Assembly: GCA_004764695.1 (NCBI GenBank)
Contig: SMSO01000033.1
Span: forward strand, 2,666,001-2,730,000
Reading direction: 5' to 3'
From: Schizochytrium sp. TIO01
Lineage: Eukaryota; Protista; Bigyra: Labyrinthulomycetes
DNA: 64,000 nucleotides
The notes below the pieces were generated by a model. The model had not been told where the DNA came from, searched no databases, and saw only the letters and a list, made by a program, of their open reading frames with translations. Shown in pieces: positions 33,201 to 41,816 of the stretch. The position numbers and the translations under genes are program-made. Positions within the stretch are counted from its first letter, which is position 1; the number at the start of each line of letters is the position of its first letter.

Positions 33201-36200
33201 AATCTGACAAGTCTGCGGTACGTTTCGTTGGAAAGCAGCAAATTCTGAGACCATGCTTTTATGAGAATAGCGAGAGGTGTTTAAGCACAAGATGCAAAGA
33301 TGTAATGCACGCTAGGACGAAGATGGTGTACAACGCTGAGAGAAAGCTACTTGCGTGTCCAAATCTGCGATCTAGATACTGACTATATCTTATGAACAAG
33401 GAGCACAGTCTTGAAAGTAACAACATCAGCATCAAAGGTGCTATGACTCTTTTTGTAGCACTAGGAGGTCACAAGAGACTGAAAGAATTGAAGTACGTTT
33501 AATTGATTACAACAAACAACCTTTTCTTCTCAAAGGGAAGATCGAAGTAGAGTGGAAGCAAGAAAACGATTTTCAATTTCGAACAAAATCTGAACCCTCG
33601 AATTCTGCAGAGAACGACAGATTTTACATTACAGTAGGAAATAGTGAAAGAGTTGAAGTGTTTGAGGTGATGCTGGTGGCGCATAAATGATTAAGGTGAA
33701 TATGGTTTGACTGACTTCGTTTGACCACCACAATGTAGTCTTTTACACAACGCAATCAGGATTGAGGGTAGTAAGGCCCTCGCGGATATTCTACATGAAG
33801 TATGTCCTGCTTTTCAGATTTCGTAAGTGCCATTTCCTCTGTCGGTAATAGTTTGTGCAGAATCGTCCTGGCTTCATTTACCTGATTCGGTTGAGTCGAT
33901 AGATCATGTCTACAGCATAGATGGTTGTTCTCACATTTATCTGATTAGTTTTAATTATCATGATGCAGGTCCGAGTTTGATAAACTTCCCATCCACAAAA
34001 ACCTAATCGCAACTTTGTCTCTTGGGAATGACCCAAGTGAAATATCTACTTATGGTGTGAATGCATCTTCGTAAGTTCCCTGTGTTGCTAAAGAGTTAAT
34101 TCTTTAAGATATGGCCGTCAAGATTTCAAGTATCCCTGACCCGCTCGTTTATACATTCATACACTATTTAGAGATCAACTAGACAATCCCAACGCGAGCT
34201 TCTCTGATGTAATAGAGTTCGCCAGAAAGATCTCCAATCTTCGCACAAGTGTTGGAGGAGTAAGAGGAGAATCCATGCGCGCCAGTATTGACGTGCTTAA
34301 AGAATACGTCACGGCTCCAATTTCATCTGCAATCCAGCGCTATATTGAGCAGTTGAGGCTTCGACAATTTTTTGGAGACATTGCAAATGCAAAGGCTTGC
34401 CTGGAAACACTTCAGGAGAAGATTCGGAAGAGCCCTCCATCCGAGCTGTTGCCTAGTCTCATAAAGGAGCGAGACGCTGAAAAAGTACGCTTACAATCAC
34501 TCATGCAAACCGTATCCCCTTGGCTCCGGGAGAAAAGCTGCGAAAAAGACGAAGACTTAATGCGAGGACTGAAAGCAAAACTTCAAAATGTATCTGAGAA
34601 TCTGGACACAAGCGATGCGTCTCTCCGTCAAGAGACATTCGAAAATGACTTGCAACAAATTGAAGAGCTCGAAGACCGTGTCAAGGCATGGCTAGAAGAG
34701 CGTAAGACGAGAAGTGAGTCAGCGTCTGCCTTTAAACAGCAGAGTATGCAAGCTCTTGAAAAGCTAACATCCCGGGCATCTGAATTAGGTCTCGGAGATG
34801 TTTTCACTCTTGCTGTTGGAACGCCTGAAAAAGCTACAGATATAGAGGGAGAGCTACTGAGTCTTCGGGGTGCCCTTCAGGAAGAACTCAATTTTCTACA
34901 AGACGATACCCTAGAGGTGCAGATGAAGGAGCTGCTTTCGACGGTCAGCTGTATTCTCAGGAATTTTGAAAATTTAGCTGAAAAAAAAGGTTTTGATGAG
35001 ACGGCCTTTCATTCACCCAAGGCTCTTATTGACTTTGTTTTGTTGGGTTCTCGTGAACCAAACCTTTTGCACCTTGAGCAACTATATAAAAAGCTCGAAC
35101 TTTCGCGGGATGCTATAGAGATCCTGAATAGCTTGAAAAGGGTCAAAGATCTTGCAGAGAAGGATGCAAAGGCGAATACAGAGCACTTTAAAACCCTGAT
35201 TGCACAGCAAGAGATGATTCTCTCAGACGGGACTCCTATTGAGCTGAGTAAAAGAATTCGCCATAAGCTTGCTGAAACATTGCAGCATGCGCAAGAGCAT
35301 TTTCCGGAGCTACTGAAAGACAATGATTGGTTAGAAAGACTGCATGTAAGTGCAGAAGATACTTTTGAAGTAGCTCGCTCGGGGCTCTGGTTGGCGAATG
35401 TAAAAGTCTCGGACTACCAGTTTGTTGGAGAGCCTCTCGCATCTAGAGGCGGCAAGATGGTACAAAAGATACTCGACACCCATGGTCGAACTTTCGTTCT
35501 TAAACAATTTCAGCTCGGAGATATGAGCCAATCCAAAGCGTTTTACAGACAAGTTGCGAATCTAGGAAAGGTGGCGTCGCCGCACGTGATCCAAATCATC
35601 GGTGCTTTTGTAGATGCCCCCGCTCCCGGAATGCCGCCGCGAGGATGCATTGTAATGCCTTACTATGAGCATGGTGACCTAGCCAAATGGATTGTTGAGC
35701 ATACTAATGAAGACAAAGCGGTTCGTGATCGGCTTGCAACAGGCTTGCTTATTGGAATTGCAGAATTCCATGCGCACGGAATCGTGCATTGTGATATCAA
35801 ACCAGAGAACATTTTTCTCACAAGTAACGGAACTCCATTGCTTGGTGATTTTGACGGCATAAAACTCGCAGACTGTACAGCAACGTACACGTCTCTTCAA
35901 GCTACACCGCATTATATTGCCCCTGAGTTACGGAATGGGCCGGTAGATGTATTGAAAACAGCGATGGACATGTATTCGGTGGGTGTCGTGTTGGAAGACC
36001 TGTATCCTGACCCAACTCCTGAAATGCTAGAACTTATTAATTTGCTTAAAGTAGCCGACCCTGATCAGCGCCTCAGTGCTTGTGAAGCGCTCCAGCACAA
36101 AGCATTTGGCGCTACAGAAATTGCCGTGGAGACGTGCCTTGTGTGTATGGAGGAAATCAAAATTTCTGAAGGGACGAGTTGCGAGAAGGGAGACTTTCTT

Positions 36201-36860
36201 TGTAAGAATTGCCTTGAAAGCTCAGTCGCAGCTGCTGCTGAGCCCCAAGCCTCCGTGAGGATTGATGCTGATGGGGCGATGGCATGTATTAAGCCTGAGT
36301 GTAGTGGACGAATCCTTGGCAGAGATATCACCCGACTTGCTCCTGATGCTGTCAACCACCTTTTACGAATCGCCCAGACCAAAGTGGAAAGCGAAGCAGC
36401 AATTCGAGCCGAGCGAGAAATACAAAATCGTATGGCTCAAATTTTACAAACGGAGGGATTGGCTCAATGCCATTTACAGCATATCCAGGAAGAGATTTTG
36501 AATATATGCTGTCCACACTGCAGAACTTGTTTCGACCAATTTGATGACTGCTGTGCAGTTGAATGTGGTAATGCTGCATGTGGCCATTACTTCTGCGCGT
36601 GGTGTCTTCAATATAAGTCGCGGGACAATTCTGCTTGTCACAGCCATGTAAGAACATGTTCAAGGAAGCTTGGAGATGATCCATTTTTCCCAAATTCATT
36701 TGAGCAGGTTCGGGAGGCGTGGCAGCTAATACGAGCGGAGCGTCTCCGGGAGTATTGGAGAGCAAACATTAAGGACAGAAGTCTTCCAGAAATTCTGGAA
36801 GCGCAGCTTGTGCCTATGCTAACCCAAGATCTCGTTGGCTCAGAATTTAGTTTGCAGTAG
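30227..36860 (+). CDS. Spliced LRR - coiled coil - protein kinase - RING1/Rcat (RBR-like E3) protein; 15 exons, predicted 1283 aa
   Basis: Exons: 30227-30279, 30388-30471, 30694-30777, 30999-31082, 31302-31385, 31606-31689, 31913-31996, 32217-32300, 32520-32603, 32827-32910, 33134-33217, 33409-33492, 33739-33822, 33969-34070, 34172-36860. All introns are GT-AG (GTACGT or GTAAGT donors), all phase 2, most with a clear CTGAC/CTAAC branch point. Joined length is 3852 nt with no internal stop, in frame with track ORF 34275-36860. Kinase motifs VLKQF, HCDIKPEN, GDFDG, YIAPE, DMYSVG. Cys-rich domains CLVC...CKNC...CIKPEC and CPHC...DDCCAVEC...CGHYFCAWC...HSHVRTC. Confidence 0.88.
30388..33217 (+). 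repeat. Tandem array of ten ~305-bp exon+intron units (84-nt LRR exon + 219-223-nt intron), followed by two diverged LRR exons up to 33822
   Basis: Start-to-start spacings are 306, 305, 303, 304, 307, 304, 303, 307 and 307. Recurrent GTACGTTTG...TTGGCT(G/A)ACG(G/T)TGGCTT...CACAG intron and AACAACATTGG...GGCGCCAAAGCTCT exon sequences. Confidence 0.95.
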
Positions 36861-38205
36861 CTAAACTCATATAGATTTTACATATACTTATGACGCAATC
36901 ATATACCTCCCATTGACAGATCACAGGTCGTATGTAGCAAATACCTCTTCTGCGGCTTCCAAAGAAAGATCACTTCATTGGATTACTACAAATTGACTGT
37001 CAAGTACGATAAATGGTGAGTCATTTGATATATCGCCTTTTGTTTTTTGAGTTTCCATTGTCAATTTGTGTTTATGATACAAACTTGAGCGGATAGAATG
37101 AATAGAACGCTATTGCTTTCGTATAAGACATAACATTTCTAGAAAATGACCTTTCACGAGCCTTCTGAGATAGGTTTAAGTCCTCTATCCGATTGTAATC
37201 TCTCAGCTATGGAGTGAAAGAATTTTCAAGATGAAACTTTCCAATCACTTTAGAAAATTATTGAGGTTGGATCAACATCATAAGATGTCACATCTTTGGC
37301 AAACTGATAACTCCACAACAACAAGATAAGTCGCTGTCGATATATTTCGGTTCTGTACATTCAAACAAAGACCCAGAAACTTGATCCATGACGTTCAATT
37401 GGACCATGACGTTCAATTGGATGCGGTAAAAAGAATCACTAAGAGTTCTTCGCTAGTAGCATTAATATATACATTCAAGTGACTGCTAAAACGAAAATAA
37501 TTCTTGGGTGCCGAAACAATAAATCAGATGAGTTGACACAAAAACCCCATCCATGATAGGAGACTATCATAATTGAAAAGATCAGGCCTTCTCATCTTAC
37601 ACCTTGTCATTCATTTTGTACCTTGGTCCTGACTGAGAAGAGAGGTCTTTTTCCCCTGCAAATCACGTTTGAAAAATAAATAAAAGTAAAAAAAAAGAGC
37701 AAGGATCAGGCCATCATCGGTCTGGACATTCATAGAATAGGTAATAGTTCAAATATTTGTTTTTTGCTCAGCCCGACAACATATTCTCAGGGCAGGTTGT
37801 GCCAGGATTGATTGCCAGCCAAACTGCCAATTGTAAATAGCAACGGAACATTTGGAAAGGGCAGGCTGGTACTATACAACAGAGCGGGAAAAAATATTTT
37901 TGGAAGAGAGATCCGTTGCTCTAGAGACTTGACCAATGTATATCATAGGTATCTACTTACATTCTGAGGAAGGAAAGGAAGCAAAGAAGATCAAAGATGA
38001 AATAGAGCAGGAAAACATATATCTGATTGGAGATTCAGCTTTTGTTTGTTTGATCTTGCCAAAACAAAGCTGGTTTGGGAAGAAGATCGTAAAGACCCTG
38101 GGCAGTTCATTTGTTGACGCGTGGCAGGGATCTTGCACGGTTTATAGTAGCATAAGAAGATAGCTCAATGCGCACAGCAAGCTTTTGAAAGAAAACAGCG
38201 ATCTC

Positions 38206-40041
38206 ATGGAGGGCAACGTGGGCCCCATCTCCCCCAAGGTAGATCAAAATATCAATATCGAGGAGCCAACAAATGAACAGCGCGATGCATCACCCACGGA
38301 CATCAAGGATGTAAGATTAGTACGGGTTGTAATGCCTTCACTCAAGCCATTCAAAATTGATACAAGTGATACTGTCGGGTATCACTTTGGAATAATGAAG
38401 CGCAGCAATAAAAATCACCAAGACAGCAAACTTATTAAGCTTTTCAAAATCTTGCTATTATGGGCAATTTTAGTTGTACCCCAATTAGTCTTCGCAGTAG
38501 CGGTTACTTCATCGCCAGAAATTGCTTGGGTCGGGGCGCTCACCATCCTTCCAGGCGTATACTTAGCCTTGGTAGTTCACAAAGATATTTTCTGGCTCGT
38601 TGTGCGTCAATTCCAGGCCATGTTCCTTGGCTTTAACATGGCTTCATGGCTTTTTTGCCTTTTTTATGCTTTCCATTCTGTTTCGATTCGAATCGGAGCA
38701 CTGCTCGTAGTTGTTACGGGGGGGGTTCTCATGTGCTGGGATTCATTTCCATTAAGACTGCGACAAGACTATACACCTCTGTATATTTTGCCAATGAGTG
38801 GGTTTCTTATTTACATAAGTTTCACCTTTTTTTTAGGAGGCGTCGCCCTGGACCATGCAGAGTTGCGAATTATAAATACAGATGTTGATATTGCGGCTCG
38901 TATGAGCACATTCGCAGCCACTGCAGGGATATATGGATTAAGCCATGTTCTACAATGGACTACTCAGGTGAAAGAAGATTTCAGCACCATTCGAGTTCCA
39001 GCAATCAGTATCAAATTACCTGAGCACGCTGTAGAGGAGCTCGCCCAGTGCCTTACTGAAATTCGGAGTCGTGCGCGAAAACGAAGTAGTTTGTTTTCTC
39101 GAAGATGGTCCGCCTCTAAAATTGCGGCAGAGATTGCTCAACCACGACCCTCCGAAATGATCATGGCAGTTCTATCAAGTCACGTTCCTGTTGTCACGCA
39201 AACCCGAGACACCATTGCGAAATCTCTGTTTGGACAAACTACTAGCGATATTTTATACATGATGAGCTCTAGGTTTAGTCCAATCCTTCTTTCAATGTTT
39301 ATGGCGAGCCACTACCTTTTTTTGAAGACGTTAGAACCAGGTTTTATGTGGATGTGGTGGATTTCATCATTATGTATCGTAATCCCATCAGTCTCATGGA
39401 TGTTGATTATGAATTCGAGGACCCTTGGCTTACTTACCCGTTCTTTTGAAAGTTATTTCTTGTTGCTCAACTTAGTCGGTCTATGGACAGTGACATTGAT
39501 AGCTTTCCAAGACTGGCGGGCAAAGATAACATTTTTCTCGTACACTTTGACTATCCTTTTTGGTTGTCTTAGCGACGCTTTCCCACGTGCGATGCTGACA
39601 TTCAAGGTTCGCTTGCTCGTTGGAACCCCCGTTCTTGTTGTAATGTTCATCTTTAGCCTTAAGCTGTTCACAAGCCGTCTTGAGATCTTTCAAGACTATC
39701 AGTACTGCTGGGAAGCTGCAGCAAATTCATGCCTCACCCGTTCAGACATAGCTCTTGGTTTCTGCACGAACCTTTATGTGCTACTAGCCAAGGCATCCAT
39801 ATTGGTAATTCCTTCATCTTCAACCATGGGTTCTCTCACGGTACCAGTTAGCATTTTGCGTATGTCAGACACCTTATTTGACCATTATAGAGAACTTCAT
39901 GAACGTTGGGTAGCCTCTCCAGATACAAAAGAACCCTTGCCATCAGTACCTCGAGATTGTGTAACAGAACGTGATGTAAATAGAATGCTCCATCATAGTG
40001 CGACCGCGGAAGTTTTTTCCAATATTGCGTCAACAAAGTGA
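38206..40041 (+). CDS. Multi-pass membrane protein with two homologous halves
   Basis: Two hydrophobic blocks with parallel motifs (HKDIFWLVVRQFQAMFL..WDSFP and NSRTLGLLTRSFESYFL..SDAFP). First ATG at 38206. Confidence 0.75.
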   Translation: MEGNVGPISPKVDQNINIEEPTNEQRDASPTDIKDVRLVRVVMPSLKPFKIDTSDTVGYHFGIMKRSNKNHQDSKLIKLFKILLLWAILVVPQLVFAVAVTSSPEIAWVGALTILPGVYLALVVHKDIFWLVVRQFQAMFLGFNMASWLFCLFYAFHSVSIRIGALLVVVTGGVLMCWDSFPLRLRQDYTPLYILPMSGFLIYISFTFFLGGVALDHAELRIINTDVDIAARMSTFAATAGIYGLSHVLQWTTQVKEDFSTIRVPAISIKLPEHAVEELAQCLTEIRSRARKRSSLFSRRWSASKIAAEIAQPRPSEMIMAVLSSHVPVVTQTRDTIAKSLFGQTTSDILYMMSSRFSPILLSMFMASHYLFLKTLEPGFMWMWWISSLCIVIPSVSWMLIMNSRTLGLLTRSFESYFLLLNLVGLWTVTLIAFQDWRAKITFFSYTLTILFGCLSDAFPRAMLTFKVRLLVGTPVLVVMFIFSLKLFTSRLEIFQDYQYCWEAAANSCLTRSDIALGFCTNLYVLLAKASILVIPSSSTMGSLTVPVSILRMSDTLFDHYRELHERWVASPDTKEPLPSVPRDCVTERDVNRMLHHSATAEVFSNIASTK

Positions 40042-40340
40042 GAGATTTCTCAAGGTAAAAGCATAATCACAAAAGCAAAACCCCATACATTTTTGTGCAA
40101 TAGAAAGAGCCATAAACTGATTATAATAAGATTTTGTCTATAAAATATTTGGAAATATAAACGATAGTAGTTCCTCACATTCTGCTAGTGATTTGAATCT
40201 TGGGCTTGCTACAGAAGATACGAGATTTGTCTCAGAAGGCGACATGTTAAATTGAGAGTGCAGTCAGACAATCTCTTCTTAAACATTTCTAAAGAAAAAG
40301 AAAAAGAAAAGGATGGACTTGTTTCTATCTTAATACATGC

Positions 40341-41816
40341 TCATTTCGTTTCAATATTTATAATAGCCTCCGCACTAGGCCCAGATCTCTCAACCTGAGC
40401 ATCAAAATTGCGGAATGCAAGTATAACTAAAGGTACATGACGCCCAACAGAACCTAAGAGCCACATGTTCAGTGACGTAGCAAGCTCTGACCGAAGTAAA
40501 GGCTGAAGTTTTGGCTTTGATGGTGAAACATGAGTGACTCCTTCGCCATTCTGTTGCTGATTCGAATCGTTTTCTAAAAAGAAGCGAATGCCATCTTGCA
40601 AAGAATTTGGTACAAGACCGCGAGCTTGGCATGCTTGAACGAGATCTTCATCTGCAAGAGATCCAATTCCTTCCTCTGCAAGCAAGACATCTTCTGAATC
40701 TAGCTTGGCGATGTGGCGGGATAGGTGGTAACGCAGCATAGTGAATCGATATGAACCAAGTATAGACGTTGGTGATCCGCTGGACGATACATCCGCATCA
40801 AGGTCTAGGTCTGCGGATTTGACGCTGGTCGATGAAGAGAGAGAAAGGTGAAAGTAGTCAGCCAGGCGTTCGAGTTGAGCAAAATTGAGAATATCAAGAA
40901 GGTCAGCATCAGATATCTTGGCAATCAACACAGGAGATGCTTCACCGCCTAAAGATTCAACACGTGTTGCTTCCTCCAATAGTTCACGAACCTCTTTATA
41001 ATATGCGATTTGGTTTTTGTGCATAGAAGACACCATACTCTCCATAGCTCGCTTGAGATCTCGGTCCATTTGTCTCTTGAAATCCTTTTCATCCTCTGAG
41101 GTTTGAACAATCTTTTCCAATTCTTTACGCGGCGGCATATTAAAAGTGGTTGGCAAGGTGCTTGGCAAGTACCGTGCCATTACCGGAAGCAAAAGACTCC
41201 CTCCTGGGGCAGCTGCGATGATTGCAAAGGGTATAAGCTTTGCAAGGTCTAGCACTGTCCTTACTACAAGCCGTTTCTCCCGCCGCGTGAGCCTGCGGTT
41301 TATGTCTACGACACTTGACTTGATAAGATCGTATGCGACAGAGATATTTGTGAAAAATTTTCGCAAACCCACGCGGTAGGGGACAAGTGCCTCTTGTATC
41401 TTTTGCAGCCTCGAAGTCTCTGCTCTTGGTCTCATTGTGGCACTGCTAATCTGCACCTTATGGGTTGCGGCTGACGGAAATTCCGCTCCGAGTCCTGAAG
41501 ATGTCTTCGCGTGCGAGCTTGCATGCGTAGGAATTGAAAGGTCTCTACTCACAGTCCCGCGCGATCCCATACCGCGGTCCATATGCACATTTTTTAGCGC
41601 TGCTCTGGTCACCCCTTTCGCAGAACCCTTTGCTGTTGACGAAGAAGTCGAAGTTAAGGAAGCTGAGGCCATCCTCATGAAAGCGAAGTGGTGGTTCGCA
41701 TCCAGTCCGTCATGCTCGCGCAGGCTTGGAGCACCTGCATAGGGATGCAAGACCAACGCGGGCCCGGCGTGAGGACGCTTGGAGGTGGCAACTCGGCTGC
41801 AGCGGAGCACCTGCAT
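40341..41816 (-). CDS. LETM1: LETM1/Mdm38-family mitochondrial inner-membrane protein
   Basis: LTRREKRLVVRTVLDLAKLIPF..PGGSLLLPVMARYLPSTLPTTF and EDVLLAEEGIGSLADEDLVQACQARGL match LETM1 TM and ribosome-binding-domain motifs. Basic N-terminal presequence. Could be a paralog rather than the ortholog. Confidence 0.75.
   Translation of the reverse strand: MQVLRCSRVATSKRPHAGPALVLHPYAGAPSLREHDGLDANHHFAFMRMASASLTSTSSSTAKGSAKGVTRAALKNVHMDRGMGSRGTVSRDLSIPTHASSHAKTSSGLGAEFPSAATHKVQISSATMRPRAETSRLQKIQEALVPYRVGLRKFFTNISVAYDLIKSSVVDINRRLTRREKRLVVRTVLDLAKLIPFAIIAAAPGGSLLLPVMARYLPSTLPTTFNMPPRKELEKIVQTSEDEKDFKRQMDRDLKRAMESMVSSMHKNQIAYYKEVRELLEEATRVESLGGEASPVLIAKISDADLLDILNFAQLERLADYFHLSLSSSTSVKSADLDLDADVSSSGSPTSILGSYRFTMLRYHLSRHIAKLDSEDVLLAEEGIGSLADEDLVQACQARGLVPNSLQDGIRFFLENDSNQQQNGEGVTHVSPSKPKLQPLLRSELATSLNMWLLGSVGRHVPLVILAFRNFDAQVERSGPSAEAIINIETK

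Noticed and set aside
30388-33217. CRISPR array or DGR-like interpretation of the regular repeat
   Set aside because: Units are homologous along their whole ~305 bp with no unique spacers. There are no cas or reverse transcriptase genes, variation is not adenine-restricted, and splice signals explain the structure.
37386-37421. 18-bp direct tandem duplication CCATGACGTTCAATTGGA x2
   Set aside because: Single local slippage event with no functional context.
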